A stretch of DNA of 64,000 nt from Octopus sinensis (lineage: Eukaryota): the NCBI RefSeq assembly GCF_006345805.1, contig NC_043003.1, positions 57,784,001 to 57,848,000 on the forward strand. Reading direction: 5' to 3'. The notes beneath the pieces were generated by a model that was given only the letters and a program-made list of their open reading frames with translations, did no database searches and was not told the origin of the DNA. The position numbers were made by a program, and so were the translations under genes. Below, piece by piece: positions 1-12,114 of the stretch (the stretch's first letter is position 1; each line of letters starts with the position of its first letter).

Positions 1-3
1 ATG

Positions 4-48
<45 letters not shown>

Positions 49-549
49 CGACGACAATGGTGTTGGTGGTGATCTTCAGCTTTGATTCCTGCACAGCAGA
101 CAGCTCTATGGATCAAAGACAGGCTTTCTTCCATTGACCATTCCAGCATAAAGCTACTTTACTTTATGTAATACGACCCTTATATTTAATTAATAACAGT
201 GTGTGATTTGATGGAGATTTGGCTGCTATTCTTAGTAATTTCATCAACCATGCAGAAGTCCCCTTACTGACAAATAATGATGAAGCATGATGCTTATGAT
301 AATTGTGGTGGTGGTGGTGGTGGCATGGTATTTTGTAGCGATGGTGGTGGTGGTGGTGGTGATGGTGGTGGTGATTTTTATAGGATTGTATAACGATGTT
401 ATTCATCTTGATGAAGCATTCTTAAGCTGGATGCAGAATAAGCGGTAGAGTGGGGATTGGGCTGGGGTGAGGGGTGGCTTAAACTTCATTTACCATCATT
501 AGCTGAATACTCCTGTCACACACACACATTTGCACACAAGCCATTTGAG

Positions 550-584
<35 letters not shown>

Positions 585-972
585 TATGTACATACATATA
601 CATACACACATACATCATCCAAAACACATACCCACACATATACAAACTTAGTAATTCACATGCAGACACTCACACACTTGTAGATGCATATATATGCACA
701 ATGCATTCATAAATGTGCATAGATACACATATACACATTGCTGAATCATAGAGAATAATATACCCAGGTACGCCTCCTGCATGAAAACTTACCAGTGAAG
801 TGAGTGCAAGCATACTTGGTATAGTAAACCAAGTAGTCTTAATTTGAATTACTTCATTAGTGGATGAGAATAATTACTATCTCAATTAATCCCGGAAAAA
901 AAAGATAAACAAAAACAAGGGATGATAAATCTTAAATTTTAATTAAAATGAATTATAATGGAATGCAGTGGG

Positions 973-1358
973 TTTCTTTTTATTCTTTTATTTGTTTCAG
1001 TCGTTTGACTGTGGCCATGCTGGAGCATTGCCTTTAGTCGAACAAATCGACCCCCAGGACTTGTTCTTTGTAAGCCCAGTACTTATTCTATCAGTCTCTG
1101 TTGCCGAACTGCTAGGTTACGGGGATGTAAGCACACCAAGATCAGTTGTCAAGTGATGGTGGTGGGGACAAACACAAATACATGCATGCACACACACACG
1201 ACAGGCTTTTTTCAGTTTCCGTCTACCAAACCCTCTCACAAGGCTTTGGTCAGCCCGAGGCTATAGTAGAAGACACTTGGCTAAGGTGCCACTCAGTGGG
1301 ACTGAACCTGGAACCATGTAGTTGGGAAGCAAGCTTCTTATCACACAACCACTACTGC
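973..1358 (-). mobile_element. SINE-A (tRNA-derived, internal TA/TG tract), near full length
   Basis: A-box tggttgtgtga and B-box ggttcagtccc on the minus strand; body and tail shared with more than 15 copies in the window. Confidence 0.9.
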
Positions 1359-1411
1359 TCTGATGGGAATCATCTAGTAAGATAGACGCATATTCAGATA
1401 TTTTTTCCTCT

Positions 1412-1665
1412 TATAATATATATATATATATATGTGTATGTATGTGTGTTTCTGTGTTTATCTACCCCAACATCACTTGACAACCGATGCTGGTGCATTA
1501 GTTGTCAAGTGATGTAACTTAGTGGTTCAGTAAAAGACACCGATAGAATAAGTACTAGGCTTACAAAGAATAAGTCCTGGAGTCGATTTGCTCGACTAAA
1601 GGCGGTGCTCCAGCATGGCTGCAGTCAAATCACTGAAACAAGTAAAAAAAAAAACGAAGAAGAAT
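1412..1665 (+). mobile_element. SINE-A 3' half
   Basis: gatagaataagtactaggcttacaaagaataagtcc...ccagcatggctgcagtcaaatcactgaaacaagtaaaa. Confidence 0.9.
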
Positions 1666-2352
1666 ACATATGTTGTAAAATAGTTGACATTAAGAAGGGC
1701 ACCGAACCACAGAAACCCTGTCCAAATAGACACTGGACCATGGTACAGTGCTTGGGCCCATCAGATCCTGTCATAACAGCCAACCCATACCAGCATATGA
1801 TGAGATGAGAAAATATATGTGTAATTCCTCCTCCTTTCATATATTTGTACACATGTTTACATGTGACGATTATGATAATGGTGATGGTGATGGTGGATGC
1901 ACTTGTCGTTTTCACTGTTTGAAATATTAACTGGCTGAGTATCTCACAGCCATGTCTACCCTTGACAGAAAGGATTTTCCACTGATGAGACAATCATTGC
2001 CCTTTGAATTTCCAAGGTCAGTCTATCAGAAGGGCTAATAATTCACAGTTTCTGTCTTCCCAGTTTTATGTCTCCAGCCTTGGACTGACCCCATTTCTTG
2101 CCCCATCAAGACTATGGTTAAAGTCGCCTGCCCAAAATGCTGAACATTGAGATTGAACCTGGGATAGAAGTTTGTGACTTTGAAGCTTAAACCGTTTCTT
2201 AACCAATCAGCTCTTTCTGCATCCACACACACACACACATGTACATACACATACACATACACACACATATACATATACATATACATGCACATATATAGAT
2301 ACACACACCCACATTTACTTACACATGTACAGACACAGACATGTACATATAT

Positions 2353-2388
<36 letters not shown>

Positions 2389-2939
2389 TTATACATACAT
2401 ACACATATATACATACACACAATCACATTTACACACACATGTACACAGACACACATATGCACACAGATATGTACACATACACACACAGGCAGACATAACA
2501 TGCATATGCACATATATACACACATGCATATATATATATATATGTATACATATATAGGTATGTGTGTGTGTATTTATATTTATACACCCACTCTGTGATG
2601 CTGTCCATTTGATTTAGAAAACTGATTTCTTCTTTTAACACTTCCACCACCAATTTCATGGAAGCTTATTATTTATTTATCCTGTCTGTCATCATTGAAT
2701 AATCACTGTTGGTGTCACAGTGCTATAGTGGTGCCATATTAACAGTACTGCAGTAGTGTCATGGTGATAGTACTATGAATGTCATTGTGGTTTGGTGGTG
2801 GTTTTGGCGGTAGTATTAGTGTTATAACAGCGTCATAGCAAGTACTGTTTAACCCCAGGTCGACCTTGAGCGAACATATCTATGATGATATGTATTACTG
2901 CTGTGTCTACCCCATATTTTTCCTATAAGTAAGGAATGT

Positions 2940-3157
2940 AATCCTTTTAACAGTCATGTTACCCTATCAAGTATAATACTTATTTATTCACACTGTTTTG
3001 AATTAATCCGGCATTATCTCATAGATTTGATGATGCAATAATTTCTCTCTAGAATGACATTGTAGGGTAGGTGTGAGAGGCCAGATTTGGCTGGTTTGAA
3101 CACAAAACAGGTAGAATATTTCGGCCAGATAAGTCTTGTTTAAATGCCTAAGGTTGA
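2940..3157 (+). mobile_element. piggyBac-like MITE, decayed
   Basis: Shares gacattgtagggtaggtgtgagaggccagat..tttgaaca.aaaac with 24325-24372 and 29420-29480. Its right end aaatgcctaaggttgaa is a degenerate inverse of the ttaaacctaaagcatt left end. TTAA+CCC termini suggest piggyBac (inference). Confidence 0.6.
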
Positions 3158-3402
3158 AGGCAACTTATCCAGACTGTCCTGTATTTAGGTTTTATCTGCT
3201 AAAACAGATGCGTTTGGTTTGAGTGAGATTTGGCTGCTATTTCTAACATACCTGGTTGGGTATTCACATAGAAGGCTCTTAGTTGTAATGCTGTATGTAA
3301 TGCTGAATGTTATAATACTAATTCGGTGATTGGCTCATTGAGAACCTGCAACATACAGCGCTATTCAATGAAAATGCAAGATAGAATAAATGAATTTATT
3401 AG

Positions 3403-3580
3403 TGTACATATAGTTGTGTAGTCAAGAAGTTCACTTTACAACTGTGTGGTTTCATGTTAATCATATTACAGGGTGCTTTGGGGGGTAAATATGTGTACTG
3501 TATCCCTAAGCTGACCAAAGCCTTGTGAATGAATTTTTTAGACAGAAACTGAAAGAAGCTCAATATGTGTGTGTGTATCT
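3403..3580 (+). mobile_element. Old SINE-A-like 5' half
   Basis: Decayed head plus gaccaaagccttgtgaatgaattttttagacagaaactgaaagaagc. Confidence 0.7.
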
Positions 3581-3789
3581 GGGTGCAGAAGACAAGTATG
3601 GTAGTCAAAGCTTTATGAGACAATACACGTGTTTCATCAAAACGCTGGAAAATTTTACATAACTAGTAGAAACATTATGCAATCATGCATACTCCTCATC
3701 AGTGTTCTGCCATAAATACCCACTCCTGAGTCTGATTTTGGTTGCATATTGTACTTTACTGTGCCTCCTTTTTTTGTTATTTTGCTATA

Positions 3790-4050
3790 AATGTGTGTGT
3801 GTGTGTGATGTACAGGTGTTTGTATCACCTTGTCATGACATCATATAATGGATGTAACTAAACATCACCTTCTTATAAGTGTTGTTGTTCATTTTCAATC
3901 ATTTGTGAAAGCATATCTGGCCCTGGGGCAATATCACCTTACTTGAAAACAGCTGAGGGTTGGTGACAGGAAGGGTATCTGGCTGCAGAAAAATCCAACT
4001 CAACAAATTCCATATAAGCATGGAAAAAAGATGGATGTTAAGACAATGAT
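3790..4050 (+). mobile_element. SINE-E-type 3' module
   Basis: gggcaatatcaccttacttgaaaacagctgagggttggtgacaggaagggtatctggctgcagaaa; homologous to 35025-35275 and 55295-55530. Confidence 0.7.
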
Positions 4051-4703
4051 ATGTGTTTGTGTGAAAATGCCAGCCTGCACCTAGGATTGAAACCCCGCTC
4101 CCCATTGTATCTTATTGGTTTGGGGGCTGATGTAGTCTTCATTCCTGAAATGGCATTGTGACATGGTGCATATAAATCAATTTACACTGACATTCTGTAG
4201 TTGCATGATGCCTATTTGACTTACAAACGTTCTTTTGTTCTGCCTTTCCATCAGAACATGACATGAGTTCCACAAGTTGCTATGTGTGTGTAGAGAGGGT
4301 GGTTGAAGACATGACACATTGTCAGGAGAATAGAGTAGAGTAGCGGCGGCGGCTGGTGGAGTACATGTGTACATGACAAGTTTTCCACAGTTGCCTATGG
4401 ACATTGACTTGACAACAGGAAGTTTTTTTGTGTCTGTGTGTCACACCATGTAGAGGAACAATACCAAAAAAAAAAAAAAAACCCCAGAACAGCTTTCAGG
4501 CCAGTCCAGTAGACTTAGGTTTCAGAGTAGTTAGCCAGCTGATGTTGTGTTGGTGAAAGGGTTAGTCACCATGTGGTAGGTGTGGGGAGCATCAAAAGGA
4601 TAGAAAGAGAATACATGTGGTATGGGTGAAAGTGTTAATGATGTGGATAGGTGTGAATAAATACTGTGGGTACAAGAGCCGATACCATTGGTACCCCAGT
4701 ACA

Positions 4704-5075
4704 GTTTCAGTCATTTGACTGTGGCCATGCTGGAGCACTGCCTTTAGTCGAGCAAATCGACCTCAGGACTTATTACTTGTAAGCCTAGTACTTATTCTAT
4801 CAGTCTATTTTGCCGAACTGCAAAGTTACAGGAACATAAACACATCACCATCGGTTGTCAAGTGATGTTGGGGGGCCAAACACAGACACACAAACATATA
4901 CACACACATACATATATACGACGGGCTTCTTTCAGTTTCCGTCTACCAAATCCACTTACAAGGCTTTGGTCACCCCAAGGCTATAGTAGAAGACACTTGC
5001 CCAAGGTGCCATGCAGTGGGAATGAACCCAGAACCATGTGGTTGGTAAGCAAGCTACTTACCACACAGCCACTCC
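4704..5075 (-). mobile_element. SINE-A, near full length
   Basis: Colinear with the other SINE-A copies; A and B boxes present. Confidence 0.92.
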
Positions 5076-5077
5076 AT

Positions 5078-5155
<78 letters not shown>

Positions 5156-5974
5156 ATGTGTGTGTGTGTGTGTTGTGTGTGTGTGTGTGTGTGTGTATGT
5201 ATATATATGGAACCTTTAAAAGCACATCTGAACGTGTCGTGACCAAGAACTCTGTCCTCATTTCATTTGCTGTGACATACTTACATGAATCTAGATGCCA
5301 ATTCTCTTTTGTCAAACAAAACAGAAAGCTAAGAATTGCCTGAATCCATAACCAAACTTTGCAGATCACAATAAGCAAAAATGTTCCACATTTTCATAAA
5401 TCATAAATGAGAGAAAAGAACAAAGATGTCATTGAATTTTATATTGATAAACTATAAACAAAGAAAAATCAATTGTGAAATATTTTTTCTTTTAGGTATT
5501 TTTCTTCTTTTTTTTTCCATCTAATTGCTCAATGTATATTTTATGCACTGAGTCAAACAAGCCCTTATTTTTGTTTTAAGTTCAAATTATTCACCCACAG
5601 TAATACTGCTGAATGTGGTCCAATCTAAAAGGGGATAATAAATTACTTATTAGAAAATTCACTTTTTTCATTTTCAGCTTTGATATTAGTTTTGTAAGGG
5701 TGTGAAAATTAATCAAAGATTTTTTTCTCTCGGGGGCGAGGAGCATGGAAAAGGTTGAGAACTACTATTACCATTATTACCTGCTACAAGTACAGAAATA
5801 GATGACTTTGTTGGGGTCCATCAATCAAACACTTATATTTTATGTAGTGTGTGATTTAGAAGTCTCTAGTAGCAGTAGAACTATTCTTTTATTCTCTATG
5901 TATGTGTGTGTGTGTGTAACATATACATATAATGTATGTATAATATATATATATAAATGTATACATATGTGTGG

Positions 5975-6020
5975 GGGAAGAAACATAGACACACAAACAT
6001 ATGCGTATATAATATATATA

Positions 6021-6060
<40 letters not shown>

Positions 6061-6220
6061 CAGGCTTCTTTCAGTTTCTGTCTACCAAATCCATTCACAA
6101 GGCTTTGGTCAGCCCAAGGCTATAGTAGAAGATACTTGCCCGAGGTGCCATGCAGTGGGACTGAACCCAGAACCATGTGGTTGGGGAGATAGCTACTTAC
6201 CACACAGCCACACTTGTGCA
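5975..6220 (-). mobile_element. SINE-A 5' half with expanded internal (TA)n
   Basis: Head and 5' body match SINE-A. Confidence 0.88.
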
Positions 6221-6559
6221 GAGAGAGAGAGAGATAGGTAGGTAGATAGAGAAATAGATTGCTAGCTAGATACATACATACTTACATGCACACATACATA
6301 CATTCACACATACATACTTCTGTATCTCTCTATCTATGGAGAAATCATTGGTGTCACATTCAACTTCCTATTGTGACATGTCGCTTGGCTGTGACTGGAT
6401 TCAATTTGTTCAGATCATCGTAGGTATAACTTGTTTGGCAGAATCATTAGAGTGACAAGCAAAAACGCCAATCTTCTACGCACCTCTACTCATCCAAATT
6501 TTTTGCCTTGTGCTTACATACCTGATTCCCCTGTAGCATACTGAATTGATGGAAACTGT

Positions 6560-6690
6560 AGAATTCGTTCAAACAGTCTGTACCTGCACTGTCATGCTGG
6601 TTCTGCCTGAGGAGCACGTTAAGGGTATGCATGTCTGTGGCATACTCAGCCACTTGCATGCTAATTCAATGAATATGTAGCTTCAGTGAT
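6560..6690 (+). mobile_element. Old repeat 3' module
   Basis: gtcatgctggttctgcctgagg...gtggcatactcagccacttgcatgctaattcaatga matches 60415-60500. Confidence 0.65.
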
Positions 6691-6744
6691 AGGCCAGCTA
6701 TCATGGAAAATTCTGTCCAAAATCCATATATCTCAGTGAAAGCA

Positions 6745-6802
6745 ATGAAAGTCTACATATTACTGATGAGGTCACAATAAGGCTTAAACATGTTTTGAGT
6801 TG
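6745..6802 (+). ncRNA. Degenerate hammerhead-like motif, 'caataaggct' family
   Basis: CTGATGA (6763-69) ggtc-acaataa-ggct TAAA catgttt. GAAA is mutated to TAAA; stem III is the palindrome aaacatgttt. Aligns with the 28940-28995 and 34720-34770 copies. Confidence 0.4.
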
Positions 6803-7424
6803 CTCCCTATACTTTTTAAAATGTGAGACTACAGGTGGAACCTTTCCACAGGTAAAAACCAATTCTGAGACACCAGCTGTTGATACAGAAGAGTTTCCAA
6901 CATTGTGATCATTTTCAGAAGAGCTCACAATACCTCTGAATAGCATCTGTAATTTCTGATGTTTATCTCAGCTTGACAAATATGTTTCTCTATTTTTCAC
7001 TTCATTTATATCTAGTTAGCTTTTTTCTTTTTGTATGTTCCGTGTCTCAAATACTTTTATACTAATTTATCTATTAGTAAGTAAAAAGTGAATCTTCCCC
7101 GCTCTACTTAACTACTACTAAACTACTCCACAATTTTGTAGACAGTTTTCAGACGTCACCAGGATTTATCAAACATGATTTATGTATAGAAAGTTCAAGT
7201 AGATAATGGTTTATTTAGTTAGAATAAAGCCTTCCTTCGTACCACCCTCCGTGACTGCTCGAAATGTTCTCTGCAGGTGGCTATACTCCTGTCTCTGTTC
7301 TTGCGACACACACTGTGAAAGTTCACATCTGATCAAACACTCACTCAACCTCATAAACACCTTTCTTGTAAAGAGACCACACACTCTTACTCACACTCGT
7401 ACACATGCATGCGCACCTACACAG

Positions 7425-7472
<48 letters not shown>

Positions 7473-7851
7473 ATATGCATGTGAGCACGTACACAAACAC
7501 ACATGTACACAGTTTTATACGCTCAGATATGACAAAACGGAAACTATACACACATCACAGGCATGTACATACATGCAAATATAAACACCATTTTGCTCAG
7601 AAACTTACACACACCTGCACACACCTGCATTCCTAACTTCTTCACCTTTTATTCATTCAACATCTCATCATTGTCTGCAGTTGCCATCGTAATAATCACA
7701 CCACTGTCAAGCAGTTGATATTGACTAATGTCTCATTAGGTTCCCATGAAGATCTTAAATCCTCACACAAGATTTCATGTGGTCTACCAGTGTGTACACA
7801 CACACACACATGTGTGTGTATAGATAGATGGATAGATAGATATACAGAAAT

Positions 7852-7905
<54 letters not shown>

Positions 7906-7910
7906 TTCAA

Positions 7911-7992
7911 ATGCTCTGAGGAAGCTATAAGATATCACTCAAGCACTCAGCTTTGAGTGCAATATTTCTTACAGCAGAAACGGCTGTGAGCC
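7911..7992 (+). ncRNA. Degenerate type I hammerhead ribozyme motif (Penelope/retrozyme-like relic)
   Basis: Order of elements: stem I gct (7913-15); core CTGAGGA (7916-22); long stem II gctataaga(t)at...at(t)tcttacagc with inner hairpin gcactca/tgagtgc; GAAA (7977-80); stem III ac-ggct-gt; position 17 = G; then agc closing stem I. G at the cleavage site and an A-A mismatch at the base of stem II suggest it is inactive. Confidence 0.65.
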
Positions 7993-8033
7993 AGTGAATG
8001 TGATTAAGTACCACCTGTTCTTTTATCATTTAT

Positions 8034-8071
<38 letters not shown>

Positions 8072-8281
8072 CCACCCATGCTAGCATGGAAGACAGACGT
8101 TAAAAAATGATGATATATATTTATATGTTTGTGTATGTGTATGTTTATATTTATGTGCATGTATATATATGTGTGTGTGTACATTTATGTATATATATTT
8201 ATGCATATATATTTATGCATATATCTCTGTATATCTCTATACATGCATATTGATAAATCTTCATATATAGGTATATATGCA

Positions 8282-8312
<31 letters not shown>

Positions 8313-8344
8313 ATATATATATATATATATACAGATAGGGTGAT

Positions 8345-8680
8345 TCCCCCCCCCTTCAGTCATTAACAACCATGGGATTGCACCTAAGAAATTACCCTCC
8401 GAGGCACAAGTCCGGGCAAGGTTGTTTATGGAAGACCAGCAGTCACCCATGCATACCAGCCTCCCTTCTCCACGCTACCGATGTTATCCAAGGGAAAGGC
8501 AAAGGTCGATACAGCTTGGCACCAGTGACGTCGCAACTCATTTCTACAGCTGAGTGAACTGGAGCAACGTGAAATAAAGTGTCTTGCTCAAGAACACAAC
8601 ACACAGCCCAGTCTGAGAAATGAACTCACAACCTCACGATCGTAAGTTGGACGCTCTAACAACTGAGCCATGCGCCTTCA
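8345..8680 (-). mobile_element. SINE-B, CORE-type tRNA-derived SINE (octopus OR-like)
   Basis: Minus-strand head tggctcagttgttagagcgt..., then ttgagcaagacactttatttcacgttgctccagttcactcagctgtagaaatg, resembling the CORE domain (gggcaagtcactt...ctcagtttcctcatctgtaaaatg). Assignment to OR1/OR2 is from memory. Confidence 0.85.
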
Positions 8681-8709
8681 CATACACATATATATATATA
8701 TATATAGGC

Positions 8710-8741
<32 letters not shown>

Positions 8742-9811
8742 GTATATACATACATATATGTATGTATATACATATATAGTATGTCCGTTCATACACACAC
8801 CTACCCATACACAGAGTGAATTACTCTGTCAAGTGCATTATATTTGATCAGTACATGACAACAACTCTATCCTTTCTTCTTCAGTGATGGCCCTCTACCA
8901 TCATTTTTTCCTCTCCTCCCACTGTCACTGAGTTCAAGTTAAAAGAATTTTGCACATTTCTGTTTTCCCTCCTTCCCACCCACCCACACCCCCCCCGGAA
9001 CAAATCCTACGCACCAACCCCTACCACCACCCCTCCTCCCCACTCTTGCTCCCTGCTCCGCTTCCAGTTGTTACCTACCACGCACCACGTCATCTCTATC
9101 TTCTCTATTCCACCCCACCCCACCGCAACCCTCCAACAGTTAGTTATATACTCACCTCCATCGCCCCCCCCCGCTTTTTTACCCCCCCCCCCCTTAACTC
9201 CACGTGAACTCAAAGTCCCTGCATTTTACGACCAATAAAGAGGACCTGTACAAATACGCGCCGCGCAAAGCAATAACAGTAAGAATATTTCTAGCTTTTA
9301 ATGCATTTACAGCCATGGATTTATCATCATCATCACCATCATCACCATCATCATCATCACCAGCATCATCATCATTGTTGTTGTTTCTGGATGGTGATCA
9401 TTATGTATTACGATAATTATGTGACTCCAAGAATTTTAGTTATTCAACCTTATATTATGGAGTTAATCTATGTGGGGGGTCTGAATGTCATAATACTTAA
9501 TGTATACATTGATGTGTGTATATACATATACATATATATATATTTATATACATACATATATATATATATATATGTTTGTGTATGTTGTATGTATGTGTAT
9601 AGATGTATGTGCATATATTTCTGGTGTATGTATGTGTGTATATGTATCCCAGTATGTTTATGGTGTGTGTGTGTGTGTGTGTATATGCATGTGTATAAAA
9701 GTACACACACATAAACGTGTGCTAAGTGCAAAGTTGTTGGTACCTCTTAAATCTAAATTCTTGCTTATCATTTACCCATGACCTGAGTGTTTCTTAAAAA
9801 TATTCAACGAT

Positions 9812-9898
9812 GGCGCAGGAGTGGCTGTGTGGTAAGTAGCTTGCTTACCAACCACATGGTTCCGGGTTCAGTCCCACTGCGTGGCACCTTGGGCAAGT
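9812..9898 (+). mobile_element. SINE-A head only, undiverged
   Basis: ggcgcaggagtggctgtgtggtaagtagcttgcttaccaaccacatggttccgggttcagtcccactgcgtggcaccttgggcaagt, then abrupt truncation. Confidence 0.92.
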
Positions 9899-9919
9899 TA
9901 GTTATACTCACCTCCATCC

Positions 9920-10240
9920 CGTGACAATGACACTTGATGATGATGATGATGATTATGATGATGATGATGATGATGATGTTGCCAATGATGATGATGATGA
10001 TGTTGATGATGATGATGATGACCATGACAATGACACTGTTGATGATAATGATGCTGATGATGACAATGACACATGATGATGATGATGATGATGACAACCA
10101 CAACAATGACACTGTTGATCATGATAATGATGACAATGATGTTGATGTTGATGATGATGATGATGACCAAGACAATGACACTGTTGATGATGATGACGAT
10201 GTTCACGATGATGATGCTGATGATGATGACGATGTTCATA
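9920..10240. repeat. (GAT)n-derived minisatellite with recurring acaatgacac(tgttgat) unit
   Basis: The unit recurs about five times within GAT triplets. Confidence 0.85.
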
Positions 10241-11858
10241 ATCTACAAGTTTCTTCTGCTGCCATAGTGTTCCTTCTACCAAGCACCCTCTCCAAGTCAC
10301 CATTCTTCTCAACCATTATTCTTCACCACCATTCGTTTTTTTTTTTCCTTCACCTTCAGTACTCTTCTCTCTCCTCCACCACCACCACCTCCACCACTAG
10401 CCTTCTCCATCCCTACAAGCCTTCTCCCTGCACCAACACAACCACCACCACCACCACCACTCTACTAGTCTTGCCCACCACCAGCTGCTGTTTGGTAAAT
10501 AATTTTGGGGTGTCAAGATATATTTTCATATCAAACAATTTTCTCTGATATTTCCTTCCTAAACAAACAAAACCTTGGCAAAAACAACAACAACAGCAAT
10601 AACAAATTCATAACAATTTTTCTATCTTCTATTATATTATTCCTTCATCTTCCATCTAAAAGCCTTTTGTTTTGTGGAAGTTTTTTTTTGGCTTTTTGGC
10701 ATTTTTGTTTGTTCTTACTTATTACATCTTCTCTAGACATGACTTGAGATAAAACAGCAACACAAAAATATAAAAAAAAAAAAAAAATATATATATATAT
10801 AGTTTGATATCCTCTTTATCTAAAACTATAGGCCCTGACCCCTTGCCTTCTCTTATCTCTTCTCCCCCCCCCCTAGTTCACTGGTGCTTTAGTATCTAGT
10901 ACATACCAATTGTCTTCACAGAATTGGCTACAGAACATGGAATGTTAACTGTGTCTGTCTATTCCTCTGATATGGGTGTTCTTCCTTTTATTACCATTTG
11001 ATTATTTTATAATTTTATTAATTTCTTTTATATCTCCCTTATTCTTGGCTCAATTATTTTGCGGGGGGGGGGGTTAGTCTTGTGGTGGTGGTGGTGTTGG
11101 TGGTTTTAGGGGCGGTATTATTTTGTAGGGGGTAATGTTCTGCTGGTGACGGTCTATTTGACACCTAATGAAAGAAATAGTTCCCTCTACGTTAGTATAA
11201 TAGTCCACTGTACTAGGGAACCTCCCATTACAAGAAAGAATTCTCCTCTGGTGGAGTCTGTTACATTTCCAATGTAAATAGCACTCACACACATGCGTGC
11301 ACACACACACACACACACACACACGCTATGTATATGTATGTATTCCTCATTATTGTTAATATTTTCGTATCTAGTTTTCCTTGGGTGCAAAAATGATTTT
11401 ATATAAATATATATATATATACATACACACACACACACACACACACATGCAAACATACATATACGCACACGTGTGCGTCTGTACATGTTAGATGAACGTG
11501 TGTCTGCATGTAAACATGGACAAGTATATGTTCGTGTGTATGCTTATGAATGTGTGTATATGCATGACTGTGTGTGTGTATGTGTGTATTTATATGTGTG
11601 TGTGTATATATATGTGTGTATGTGTATATATATGTATATGTATATATGTGTATATATATATATGTATATATGTGTATATATATATATGTATATATGTGTA
11701 TATATATATATATGTATTTGTTAATATATATGTGTATATATATATGTATAATATGTGTATATATGTATATATGTTATATATCTGTATATGTGTATATATA
11801 TATGAACATGTTTATATATAGTATGTGTTTATATATATATGTATGTGTATATATATAT

Positions 11859-11889
<31 letters not shown>

Positions 11890-12082
11890 ATATATACATA
11901 TATATATATATATTGTATATATAATGTATATTATATGTGTGTGTATATGTATGTATTTGTATATACATGAATGTGGTTACATGTGAATGCATGAATGTTG
12001 GTACATATAAAATAAACATCTGTATGCTTGTCTATGTATAGATGACTGTATAGATGTACACATATATATGAACATGTGTGTC

Positions 12083-12114
<32 letters not shown>

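Noticed and set aside
6525-6550. cccctgtagcatactgaattg resembling miR-10
   Set aside because: There is a seed mismatch and indels, no precursor hairpin, and it lies at the edge of a repeat.
6701-6946. Open frames on both strands as a coding exon
   Set aside because: No recognisable domain, a poor acceptor, and overlap with a hammerhead-like repeat relic.
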